A program made the position numbers and the translations under genes. A model generated the notes under the pieces. The model saw only the letters and a program-made list of their open reading frames with translations. It did no database searches and was not told the DNA's origin. Below, in pieces: positions 1-8,538 of a stretch of 30,137 bases of DNA. This DNA is from an uncultured virus (IMG/VR IMGVR_UViG_3300034520_000374) (Duplodnaviria; Heunggongvirae; Uroviricota; Caudoviricetes): the IMG/VR virus record IMGVR_UViG_3300034520_000374; one strand, given 5' to 3'. Numbering within the stretch: the stretch's first letter is position 1; each line of letters opens with the position of its first letter.

Positions 1-2
1 AA

Positions 3-1865
3 ATAAAGGAACTTGCGGGAATCCAAAACGAGGAGCTCAATCTCGCTTCACCTGCACAAGTAGCCAGGCTTTTCTACGACATAATGAAAGTACCGTTTAG
101 CGGAGATAAGCAATCAGTGGCGAAGAGGGCTATAAAGCCGTTAATGCAGATGAAAAACGAGGACGGTACGCCAAAGTACCCAGTCGTTCATTTATACTCG
201 GATTGGAAAAAGCTAGATACTTTGTTAACCAAGTTTTTCGACAACCTGCAGTATTACATGTATCCTGGAGGATTTATCTTCAGCAGGTATGGACAGATTT
301 CAACCGCTACAGGAAGAATGAGCTGCTCCAAGCCTAATGCCCAGCAGTATCCAAAGGATGTTACAGCTATAGTTATTCCAAGACCTGGATATGTAATGAT
401 GGACTGCGACTATTCACAGATTGAATATCGTGTATTGGTTGCACTTGCGAAGGAAAAGAACCTTCTGGAGAAATTTGAAGACCCAGATATGGACTACCAT
501 ACAATGATGGCATCATTAATGTATGGAGTGCCATACGCTTCAGTTACACCTAAAATGAGGAGTGATGCAAAATCGTTTAACTTCGGTATACCTTACGGGA
601 TGGGATTTAAGTCATTGGCATTACTGCTCACAGGTATGACCGGACCTGCACAAATCGAGGAAGCCAAGCAAAAATACGAGCTTTACTTCAAAGACCAGCC
701 AAATGTAAGGAAGTTCTTCGAGGAAGTTAAGGAAATAGCATTGATTAATAAATACACAAAGACATTCTGGAACAGACGCAGGTATTATTCCTTCACAGAC
801 GAAAGCGGAAGAACATCAGAAGCGAGGAAGGCTGCTGCATTGAGGCAGGCGGGTAATGCAGTCATCCAGGGCACTGCAGCAGACATATTCAAAATTGCGA
901 TGGCAAGAATATTCATGTTTATACGCAGGTATAAACTCTTCGGACATCTTCTCATAGTCAACATGATTCACGACGAGGTGCTCCTGGAGGTAAACTGTCA
1001 GACGCTTAATCCTCAGAGGGTACTGAAGGATATAGCGGACTGCATGCAGTTCAAAGTCGAAGGGTTCCCGCCACTTTATATCGGTGCAGGCTTCGGAATG
1101 AACTGGAAAGACGCCAAAGGAAAGCTTGCCGAAATCCATCCTCATCTTTGCGAAATACTGAGTTATGAGGTCGAAAACAAGTCAATATACGCTGAAGAAC
1201 CGCAGAAGCCTGAGGATGTAGTAGCATATTTTGATAAGAGGATACATGCATTCAATGAGAAGAAAATCATTGATTATCTGACCAACCCAGAGAACTTTGG
1301 TAAAGACCTGCATCCAGTTATCGGTAACATCCTAAACTTGAGGTTTAACTTTGGATTAGATAAGTCTGGGCTCGAAGGAGAGGAGCTGACCGCAGCCATA
1401 CTCCAGAAGTTTATTCAGGAGTATAACCTTGGAATTGACCCAAACAATTTCAAGGCCGGCAGTCACGATGAGCATAAGGACGAAGAAGATGAGAAGGAGT
1501 ACTCCGAGGAAGAAGATGAACAAGAAGAATATGGCGAAATAGCGGGAAACGACTTCGCATTAATTGATGAGGACAGCAGTTTGTACGGCGTATCACTGCA
1601 GGAGCTAATAAGCATCTTCGGTCTGGTTGTGTCCAAGGAACAGCGTATATGCGGTGTGGATGTTAGGGTTATACCTTCCAATAAATTCGATGAACTTGTG
1701 GATTATTTAGCAGACCATAAATGTGAGCCCAATGAGGAAGGGGCTATGGAGGTAGTATTTCTAAAGGAGCACAATGTAATACTTCGGACTGGCGTATGGG
1801 TAAAGGATATCGACGGCTCGGCTGTTGCTGGAAGACTTAGGCTAAATACATTAATGTATAAGTAA
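3..1865 (+). CDS. polA: Family A DNA polymerase, 5'-truncated by the window edge, with ~245-aa C-terminal extension
   Basis: Frame is open upstream of the ATG at 84 (IKELAGIQNEELNLASPAQVARLFYDI, thumb-like N.SP.Q motif). TATGRMSCSKPNAQQYP, motif A DYSQIEYR, motif B RSDAKSFNFGIPYG (Phe at the E. coli 762-equivalent position), motif C MIHDEVL, terminal GMNWKDAK. Confidence 0.95.
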   Translation: MKELAGIQNEELNLASPAQVARLFYDIMKVPFSGDKQSVAKRAIKPLMQMKNEDGTPKYPVVHLYSDWKKLDTLLTKFFDNLQYYMYPGGFIFSRYGQISTATGRMSCSKPNAQQYPKDVTAIVIPRPGYVMMDCDYSQIEYRVLVALAKEKNLLEKFEDPDMDYHTMMASLMYGVPYASVTPKMRSDAKSFNFGIPYGMGFKSLALLLTGMTGPAQIEEAKQKYELYFKDQPNVRKFFEEVKEIALINKYTKTFWNRRRYYSFTDESGRTSEARKAAALRQAGNAVIQGTAADIFKIAMARIFMFIRRYKLFGHLLIVNMIHDEVLLEVNCQTLNPQRVLKDIADCMQFKVEGFPPLYIGAGFGMNWKDAKGKLAEIHPHLCEILSYEVENKSIYAEEPQKPEDVVAYFDKRIHAFNEKKIIDYLTNPENFGKDLHPVIGNILNLRFNFGLDKSGLEGEELTAAILQKFIQEYNLGIDPNNFKAGSHDEHKDEEDEKEYSEEEDEQEEYGEIAGNDFALIDEDSSLYGVSLQELISIFGLVVSKEQRICGVDVRVIPSNKFDELVDYLADHKCEPNEEGAMEVVFLKEHNVILRTGVWVKDIDGSAVAGRLRLNTLMYK

Positions 1866-1882
1866 GCAGGGTGGTGAGTAGT

Positions 1883-2290
1883 ATGGAGATAAGGCTTCCC
1901 GGGCAACCGAGCGGAGGTTTTGAGAGTCTTAAAGGCTCCGACATAAAAGAGGCGTTGAGTGGTGAAGTTATAAAACCTGTGCTTGTACGTGAGGAGTCCG
2001 ATGTGGTGGCTCCTTCGTACATGCTGGATATGTCGGATGTGCCAAGTGTCACTGAGGACTCCTTAAAGGCAATAAAAGGCATGCTGAGGGGCGGCGACAC
2101 GGCTGTATACATTAGAAACAACAATGTTATGGCCTTGATAGGGTATGGCGACAGCGTTGTTTTATACTCTGTATTGACAGGGCTTGTCAAGCATTTATAC
2201 AGTGGCATGTGCAAGGTATACTTCAATAACGGTAGTGGGTTCAAGGCTGTGCGTGAAATGGATGTGCACGGCGTGAGATTAAGATTGTAA
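1883..2290 (+). CDS. Hypothetical protein; weak resemblance to the DnaE C-terminal domain
   Basis: ORF directly after polA; RBS-like AGGGTGGTGA before ATG 1883 (alternative GTG 1871). Contains LKAIKGMLRGGDTAVYI. Confidence 0.75.
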   Translation: MEIRLPGQPSGGFESLKGSDIKEALSGEVIKPVLVREESDVVAPSYMLDMSDVPSVTEDSLKAIKGMLRGGDTAVYIRNNNVMALIGYGDSVVLYSVLTGLVKHLYSGMCKVYFNNGSGFKAVREMDVHGVRLRL

Positions 2291-2354
2291 GGCACAGTTT
2301 ATCAGCGTTAATGTATTTGTTGTAGAACAAAAAGTATTTAAGGAGGTAGCAGAA

Positions 2355-2714
2355 ATGCCTCTTAATATGGAGAGCATTCTTGGTGCGTCGTTTGGTGAAG
2401 GCGAGAATAATATTCGCGTAAGCTTTAAGAAAACCGTCTCAATCAAACCCTATGAGACCGAAGTGGTGGAACTGGAGAGTACCTTAAAAATGAATAAGGA
2501 GCTCACTGGGGCTGAGCGCGTGCTACTTGCAGCATTATTGCAAGTACAGCTGGAGTATGAGGCATACGTAGGGCTTTTGTGCAAGGGACAGATTTCGCAG
2601 GAGGAGTTCGACGTCAGGAAGGCACAGCTGGAGCACGAGGCAAATATCATTAAAATGAAGGCAGAAAGTGTGCTGCAGAAACCTCTTGACGAATACTTCA
2701 CGTTCGGGAGGTAG
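2355..2714 (+). CDS. Hypothetical protein (119 aa)
   Basis: Strong RBS TAAGGAGGT before ATG; N-terminal beta-like segment IRVSFKKTVSIKPYETEVVE followed by predicted helices. Confidence 0.85.
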   Translation: MPLNMESILGASFGEGENNIRVSFKKTVSIKPYETEVVELESTLKMNKELTGAERVLLAALLQVQLEYEAYVGLLCKGQISQEEFDVRKAQLEHEANIIKMKAESVLQKPLDEYFTFGR

Positions 2715-2737
2715 ACGTAACAGCGAGGAGGTTCAAC

Positions 2738-3019
2738 ATGGATGAATTGTATCGAATCAATAGGCGATGGGTATTTGACGTTGCAAACAACATTGGATAC
2801 AATGTTGTGAGCATTGACAAAAATGGCATGGCCAAAATGGAAGAAGCGTTCAGAATTAGTGGCGACGGCAATAAAACAGTAGAATACTATAAAAATGTTC
2901 CAATAGGCGTTGTGAGAAAGTCCTTGCATCTTGTAACATTAAAGGAGCAAGGAAAACTGGAGGAATTAGAACGTGAGATTAAACCTAGAACTACAAAAAA
3001 TGGAGGGGTTCACAAGTAG
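2738..3019 (+). CDS. Hypothetical protein (93 aa)
   Basis: RBS GAGGAGG before ATG; co-oriented in the operon and overlaps the start of the primase gene. Confidence 0.8.
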   Translation: MDELYRINRRWVFDVANNIGYNVVSIDKNGMAKMEEAFRISGDGNKTVEYYKNVPIGVVRKSLHLVTLKEQGKLEELEREIKPRTTKNGGVHK

Positions 3020-3761
3020 ATATACCGAGTACGTAAAGGTTTTGAGGTCAAGAGCCGATAGCTCCAAGTTGGATGAGCTTGCAGAATTTAGGCATATGGA
3101 CAGGAAGGCTTTTGATGAAGCAGGTGTGTTCTATATCAAGGACATGGCTGAATTGCTTGTACCTGACTACTTGGACATCCTAAATGATTTTGGGCTCATT
3201 TCCAAAGTTAACGGTAAGCCAATATTTCATGAGCGGTACGTAATACCAATATTAAACACCAAAGGAAAAGTCATAAACCTAGTAGGGTACTCCTGGCTGG
3301 CTCCAGAAAGATATGTTTACGGGACATCTAAATACTACAGGCGCAAAGACACCCTGTATGGGCTGGAGAATCTGCATTTGGCGTATGAAATGGGTTACGC
3401 AGTTTTGGTTGAGGGTATTACCGATGCCATAAGGCTGAGGAGCCTTGGGATTAAAAACGTGTTTGCAAATTGCGGGACGCACAGCTCACCTTTTATAACA
3501 GCACAGTTAAACAGGTGCCGTTATGGTGTTATAAAGATACCTGATAGGGACGACGCTGGCCTTAGGGCAAATAGGCAGTGGGAGTTTAGCAGGTACATCA
3601 CAATATTTCCACCTGCAATGTATAAGGATATCGACGAGATGCTGCGTGATAATGGTAACGTTGAGTGGTTTCTGAACTACTTTAACGAATGTGTAAAAAT
3701 ACTTCTAGACGAAAGAAAAAGATGCCTGAAAGGAAAAATCCTAGAAACAACAATAATTTAA
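2973..3761 (+). CDS. DnaG-type DNA primase catalytic core (TOPRIM), no N-terminal Zn finger
   Basis: FHERYVIPI..GKVINLVG, LYGL, AVLVEGITDAI, NCGT, IPDRDDAG (DxD) and KDIDE motifs; GGAGG before GTG 2973 (alternative ATG 3000). Confidence 0.88.
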   Translation: MRLNLELQKMEGFTSRYTEYVKVLRSRADSSKLDELAEFRHMDRKAFDEAGVFYIKDMAELLVPDYLDILNDFGLISKVNGKPIFHERYVIPILNTKGKVINLVGYSWLAPERYVYGTSKYYRRKDTLYGLENLHLAYEMGYAVLVEGITDAIRLRSLGIKNVFANCGTHSSPFITAQLNRCRYGVIKIPDRDDAGLRANRQWEFSRYITIFPPAMYKDIDEMLRDNGNVEWFLNYFNECVKILLDERKRCLKGKILETTII

Positions 3762-3782
3762 GTTACATGGAGGTGTGCAATA

Positions 3783-4178
3783 TTGCCGAATAAGCATTAT
3801 TTTAGTTCAGAACCTTGGGCACTCAGGGAGTTTACGACCGGCATAGCGTGCTTGCATATAGGCAGTTATAAACTGTACGAGGATATTAAGGCAAAATGTC
3901 CAGGCTGCACAAGCATTACCGTAAAAATTGCAGACTACCTTGGAAATATACCTGTGAATATAATTAATAGGTTAAAAGAAAAATTGAGCGAGATATCAAT
4001 TGAGTTTGGTCCAGCTGTAATGACTGACTTCGGGGCAGTTCTAGAGTTGATTTACAACATGACAGAATTAGTGCCGAGGTTCATTGACGCCTATGAGGAA
4101 AACGGATATTACTTCTTCAGGGTAAAAATACCTGACATTGGCGAGATTGTCTTTGAGGCTGTTCCTGTTACAGGATAA
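3783..4178 (+). CDS. Hypothetical protein (131 aa)
   Basis: GGAGGTG RBS before a TTG start; one CPGC motif. Confidence 0.75.
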   Translation: MPNKHYFSSEPWALREFTTGIACLHIGSYKLYEDIKAKCPGCTSITVKIADYLGNIPVNIINRLKEKLSEISIEFGPAVMTDFGAVLELIYNMTELVPRFIDAYEENGYYFFRVKIPDIGEIVFEAVPVTG

Positions 4179-4212
4179 TAAAGCCAGTTACCATAAGCAG
4201 AGGCTTTATTAT
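4175..4212 (+). terminator. Hairpin / possible intrinsic terminator
   Basis: ATAATAAAGCC (4175-4185) pairs with GGCTTTATTAT (4202-4212), overlapping the stop codon; 16-nt loop. Confidence 0.45.
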
Positions 4213-4243
4213 ATTATGAGTGTATAAAAGAATTGGAGGTGAG

Positions 4244-4380
4244 GAGAGTTTATTTAGTTGGAGAGTCACATTGAGAGTTTGCAGTTGCGTTAAGTCTAGC
4301 ATGTTAGAGCATGAGAGTTATGTGAGACATGCGAGACGAGAGTCCAGAGAGTTTTTGAGAGAACATTAAGAAAGGAGAGA
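4244..4380 (+). repeat. Dispersed GAGAGT repeats in the 5' leader of the SSB gene
   Basis: Exact GAGAGT at 4244, 4261, 4273, 4313, 4338 and 4347, plus GAGAC at 4324 and 4333 and GAGAGA at 4357 and 4375. Confidence 0.75.
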
Positions 4381-4387
4381 AATCAAG

Positions 4388-5437
4388 ATGTCATTTTTGG
4401 CGGCAGCTGGTAAGAAAACCACAGATATTAGGACTTTCCTTAAAGAGGTAGGCGGAGGCAGTACTATTAAGTATAAGCCTGAAAAGGGAGTCAAGCATTA
4501 CGTTTACATTCCTTACCTGAATGTTCCTGTTCAGGACGAGGAAGGCAACGAGGTAATTCAGAAACAGGTCATCGCACTTAGCGGTAATGTCCATGAGTGG
4601 AACACGCCGGACGGCAAGTACAAAGCTTCAGTTTGCCTGAAGGACGTCGTTCGTAAGGCTGAGGACGGTACTCTTCTGAACGATGGTTCTTGTCCTCTTT
4701 GCGAAAGGGTCTCTGATGCATGGGACATTTACAGATATCGTTTGGAGATGGAGGAAAAGACCTGCGGGAAGACTGGAGAGGACCTCAAGAAACACATTGA
4801 GGGCATCAAGAAGGTCTTCGCAGACGAGCGGAAGGTGAAAGAGGCTAAACCCTACATTTACATGCTCGTTGTGCTTTACAAGACCGACAGCAAGGGTCAA
4901 CCTATCATGGGAGCCAACAATCTTCCTGAGTATGAACTCAAGATTATGAAGTTGTCGGCTTCCAGGATTGAAAAACTGCAACAGCAGATTGAAAATAGTG
5001 GAGACGAGCTTGCAGGCAGCGAGCTGATTTTCGAATACCCGAATGAGGACGACCCGAGACTTGTGGTGTCCCAGAGCACGACAGCCCCTGTATTCCCGAA
5101 CGCAAGGTTCATCACCAAGTATCCCGGTCTAGCACAAGCTATAGCCAATGATGTAGCCAAGTTTACTTGGGAAAGTATCGAAAAGGCGTTCCCGGAATGG
5201 AGCGGCATGACCACAGCTGAGGCTAATAAGGTTGTTGATGAGCTCTTCGGTAAATGGGACGAATACAAGCGCGAGCTTGCGGTTAACCCGAACGCTAGAT
5301 ACCTCGAATACGCAGGAGCCAACAAGGCTCAACAGCCTCCATTGATTCCTGGTGGGGATGCTGGAATTAAGCCACTGCCTGGAGGTATTCCTGATGTAAA
5401 TAAGCTTTTCGGTAGTGGCAAGCCTGTAAGCATCTAA
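4388..5437 (+). CDS. T4 gp32-like single-stranded DNA-binding protein
   Basis: Zn-ligand pattern H...C...CPLC (VHEW..SVCLK..GSCPLCE) like the gp32 His/Cys3 site; basic N-terminus; lies in the replication cluster; RBS AAGGAG. Confidence 0.7.
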   Translation: MSFLAAAGKKTTDIRTFLKEVGGGSTIKYKPEKGVKHYVYIPYLNVPVQDEEGNEVIQKQVIALSGNVHEWNTPDGKYKASVCLKDVVRKAEDGTLLNDGSCPLCERVSDAWDIYRYRLEMEEKTCGKTGEDLKKHIEGIKKVFADERKVKEAKPYIYMLVVLYKTDSKGQPIMGANNLPEYELKIMKLSASRIEKLQQQIENSGDELAGSELIFEYPNEDDPRLVVSQSTTAPVFPNARFITKYPGLAQAIANDVAKFTWESIEKAFPEWSGMTTAEANKVVDELFGKWDEYKRELAVNPNARYLEYAGANKAQQPPLIPGGDAGIKPLPGGIPDVNKLFGSGKPVSI

Positions 5438-5452
5438 GTAATATACCGCAAA

Positions 5453-5530
5453 AAGATTAGGGAGCACTTCAGTGGCGCGGGTGCACGTTGGTGTGCATCT
5501 CAGGGAGGCAAGGGGTGCTCCCTAATTTTA
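5453..5530 (+). terminator. Long branched stem-loop after the SSB gene (terminator or processing site)
   Basis: ATTAGGGAGCACTTC pairs with GGGGTGCTCCCTAAT, followed by TTT; internal hairpin GGGTGCAC/GTGCATCT. Confidence 0.6.
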
Positions 5531-5557
5531 TACATATAATAAAGGGTGGTGTGCACA

Positions 5558-5790
5558 TTGATAGAGTTCTTCAAGATAATTTTTGAGGAAGCTCCAAAGT
5601 ATTTAGAGTAGTAGGGGAGCGCTGGCAGCAATCCCATCAATTTATTGAGGTGGGAGGTTGTAATCGAAGGTTTGCTACAACCAAGAATGAACGCTGACCC
5701 TAAAGTTATGCTTGTGTTTATAATAATTGGATTAATTCATAACGAAATAAAGTTCCAGCTTGAGAAAAGGTTGCATAAGGAAGGAAGTGA
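5558..5790 (+). pseudogene. Possible decayed small gene
   Basis: RBS-like AAGGGTGGTG, then TTG 5558 (MIEFFKIIFEEAPKYLE), TAG TAG at 5609-5614; the same frame continues as the 5645 ORF with a hydrophobic segment VMLVFIIIGLI. Confidence 0.3.
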
Positions 5791-7124
5791 TGAGCTTAAT
5801 GAGTCAGGTAAGGTCATACAGTCCTATCAAGTTTCTACGAGTGAAGAATTTCAGGAACATCGGAGACATAACAATTAACTTTGATGAATCTCCAATAGTC
5901 TGCCTCGTAGGCGACAACGAGTCCGGTAAAACATCAATCATAAAGGCTTTTGCGGTATTAGCCCTGCACGCATACCAAAAAGACCAGAAGGACTTCATTA
6001 GAGACGGCACAAAAGGCTTCGGGATAGCATTAGGTTTACAGGACGGAACTGTAATAACACGTATAAAAGGTGTAGGAGTAAACACTTATAAGGTTGAGAG
6101 ACTGGATAAGACTGTTTGGGAGACATCCAAGATAGACGCTGGGCTTCCAGTTGAGGTTCAGGAAATAATGGGTCTTCTTGAGGAGCCTGAAACAGGCGAA
6201 TACTTGCATGTGAGAACTTATGAGGACAAATTGCTATTTATAGTTACACCAGGTAGCACAAACTACAAGGTGATGTATAACGCACTCAAGGTAGAGTACT
6301 TAACGAAAGCTATCAGGCTTGGGATTAACGAGACAAATGCGTTGAAGTCTAAACTGGACGACAATGAAAAGAGTATAAAGACACTTCTGGAAGAAGTGCG
6401 GAAGATAAAGATTTATGACATAGAGCCTGCAGTCAACATTAAGAAAAGGCTCCAAGGTCAGGTGGCTATACTCGAGAAGCTTGAGCGTGCCAAAGAGTTG
6501 TGTGATAATACACGGAGGATAGAAGAAAGACTTGGAGCAATAAATTTAATAGGCAGTGCTGGAGTCAAGGAAATTAGTCTTGGTGAAGCATTAAGATTTA
6601 AGGCTGTCTACAATCTGTTAAATTCTGTAGCGGATATCAAGAGAAGGTTAGAAGTATACGATAATCTCAGCAGCTTAAGAAGTATTGACGATACGATAAT
6701 CAGAAAGATTTTGAGCGTTAAGACAAAAATGGCTGAGCTTGAGGGTAAAAAACGGGTGGTACATGAGTTTCAAAATTTGAGTGGGTTGAAGGAAATCAAT
6801 GTAGGCGTGGCAGAAAAGCTCAGGCGTGCAGTGGCTATCAAGAGCAATATAGCTCGCATAGGTAAACGTGTAAAAGTTTATGATTTGACCAATGCGCAGG
6901 ATATAGATACCAAAGTGTTGAGTACAGTGGAGAAGTTCAAAAAGGCAGCCGGTTACTATAATAAAGCTCTTGAGACCTATAACGAGCTTAAAAATATAGT
7001 AGCAAGCATTGAGACAATTCAGAAAGAACGGGACGAGATGCTCAGGAAACTTGGGGTAAGAGTAGTTGAGTGTCCTAAGTGCAATGAGCTGATACCGTTG
7101 GAGGGGGCGAATATATTTGGATAA
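5790..7124 (+). CDS. Rad50/SbcC-like ATPase, N-terminal half ending in the CxxC zinc hook
   Basis: LRVKNFRNI strand, Walker A GDNESGKT (5910-5933), long helical arm, C-terminal CPKC (7071-7082); no signature or Walker B motif. Start likely ATG 5790 or 5799 after AAGGAAGG. Confidence 0.88.
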   Translation: MSLMSQVRSYSPIKFLRVKNFRNIGDITINFDESPIVCLVGDNESGKTSIIKAFAVLALHAYQKDQKDFIRDGTKGFGIALGLQDGTVITRIKGVGVNTYKVERLDKTVWETSKIDAGLPVEVQEIMGLLEEPETGEYLHVRTYEDKLLFIVTPGSTNYKVMYNALKVEYLTKAIRLGINETNALKSKLDDNEKSIKTLLEEVRKIKIYDIEPAVNIKKRLQGQVAILEKLERAKELCDNTRRIEERLGAINLIGSAGVKEISLGEALRFKAVYNLLNSVADIKRRLEVYDNLSSLRSIDDTIIRKILSVKTKMAELEGKKRVVHEFQNLSGLKEINVGVAEKLRRAVAIKSNIARIGKRVKVYDLTNAQDIDTKVLSTVEKFKKAAGYYNKALETYNELKNIVASIETIQKERDEMLRKLGVRVVECPKCNELIPLEGANIFG

Positions 7125-8067
7125 GGCAAGGATATTAATTTACGGAGACTTGCATTTAAGCTCGAAAAACTATGGAGCACATATAGACTACCCAAGAGAG
7201 TCTTTGCATTACTTTGAGGAGATAGCCAATGTAGCAGAGCGTGAAGGTGCAACCCATGCAATAGGTTTAGGGGACTTCACATTTGGAAGGTTCCACACAC
7301 TGGAGTACCGGATTAGCGTTGAGAAGGTGCTGGATAGGCTTTGGAGGATTACCGAGGGTAGGCACTATATGCTTAAAGGTAACCATGACTCAGCAACTTA
7401 CGGTATGACAGAATACGAGTATTACTGCAAGAAGGGTCTTCTTAAGCCTAGCGAGAACCTTTCAATAGGCGGTATTAATATATCAATGGTGGATAGCGGA
7501 AAGTACGAAAAGATGGACATAATACCTCCGGAAGAAGGTAAGACCAATGTAGTTCTGGCGCATGACTATTTCAAGTTCAAGGATACCCAGCTTCCTAACT
7601 ATGGGCAAGCAATAGAATTGGATGAATTTAGCAGGTGGTTTGGTGTAGACCTTTTGGTGTGTGGTCACATACACAATTTCGAGAGCTTCTCAGGTATGGT
7701 TGTGGACGGTTACAGGGCACGGAAAATGACCGTCATATATCTTGGGTGTATGGCCAGACCAGCATACAGGGAAGGATTCATGCAGGACATAGGTAAGCTT
7801 CTAATGCTCGATGTAGACGGCGAGAAGGTTGAGGCGGGCTTTATTGATGTGCCCTTATGGGCTTTGGATGAATCATTCAATCTTGAGGCAAAAGCGCGGG
7901 AAGAAGAGCAGAGTAAGCATTTAGTGGATATATCAGACATAGTAAAAAGGTTAGATGAGCATGAGAGGAATATAGGAAATCCTGAGGATTTAATTATGTC
8001 GCTTGAGGATATAGATATCAGGTACCGTAAAAAAGCGGTAGAACTGTTGCAGGAGGCACTTAAATAA
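7117..8067 (+). CDS. sbcD: Mre11/SbcD-like metallophosphoesterase nuclease
   Basis: GDLH, GDF, GNHD, LAH and GHIH motifs; RBS GGAGGGGG before TTG; overlaps the Rad50-N stop codon. Confidence 0.9.
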   Translation: MDKARILIYGDLHLSSKNYGAHIDYPRESLHYFEEIANVAEREGATHAIGLGDFTFGRFHTLEYRISVEKVLDRLWRITEGRHYMLKGNHDSATYGMTEYEYYCKKGLLKPSENLSIGGINISMVDSGKYEKMDIIPPEEGKTNVVLAHDYFKFKDTQLPNYGQAIELDEFSRWFGVDLLVCGHIHNFESFSGMVVDGYRARKMTVIYLGCMARPAYREGFMQDIGKLLMLDVDGEKVEAGFIDVPLWALDESFNLEAKAREEEQSKHLVDISDIVKRLDEHERNIGNPEDLIMSLEDIDIRYRKKAVELLQEALK

Positions 8068-8106
8068 TATTAGTGAAAGATTTGAAAATGTGGAGGTGCA
8101 TTTGAG

Positions 8107-8517
8107 ATGGAAATTAGTCTCGAGAGGATAAAGAAGTATAACGAGACGCTTAAGGCTTACAATGAGAAGGGGGCACAGTTAAAAGCTGAGTTATCATTCA
8201 ACATAAATGAGCTTAACAAGCTGTGTCAGGAACTATCGCAGGAGCTTGGGGTGGAGGTCACAACGGATAACATCGAGGAAGTGTACAAGAACTACGTAAG
8301 CAAGATTGAGGAAACCTTGAGAGTCGGTGAGGAGATTTTTGAACGTATACGTGCTGAGGAGCAGGGTACAGTAGTGCAGAGTAGCGAAGGCATTGAGCCA
8401 GATGATGCTGGCGCAGTAGAACCAATTGGCATTGGCAGTGGAGATGATAAAGGAAACCTGCTTGGGAAAGACTTTCAACTGCCTAATATGTTCGGCAAAG
8501 GAACTATAAAAATTTAG
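8107..8517 (+). CDS. Small coiled-coil protein with disordered tail
   Basis: GGAGGTG RBS; first ~85 aa are helical/heptad-like with an ELGV turn; acidic linker; ends FQLPNMFGKGTIKI. Confidence 0.85.
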   Translation: MEISLERIKKYNETLKAYNEKGAQLKAELSFNINELNKLCQELSQELGVEVTTDNIEEVYKNYVSKIEETLRVGEEIFERIRAEEQGTVVQSSEGIEPDDAGAVEPIGIGSGDDKGNLLGKDFQLPNMFGKGTIKI

Positions 8518-8538
8518 CGTGTGAAAGGAAGGTAGAAC

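Noticed and set aside
4244..4380. CRISPR array or iterons
   Set aside because: The repeat unit is only 6 nt with irregular spacing; no cas genes are present.
5609..5614. Amber (TAG) stop-codon reassignment suggested by in-frame TAGs here and at 17571
   Set aside because: Many bona fide genes end in TAG directly before the next RBS or terminator (2714, 8517, 9762, 15041, 16279), and long genes are intact in the standard code.
5645..5878. 77-aa ORF as an independent gene
   Set aside because: No RBS at its TTG and it overlaps Rad50-N by ~90 nt; treated as part of a possible remnant.
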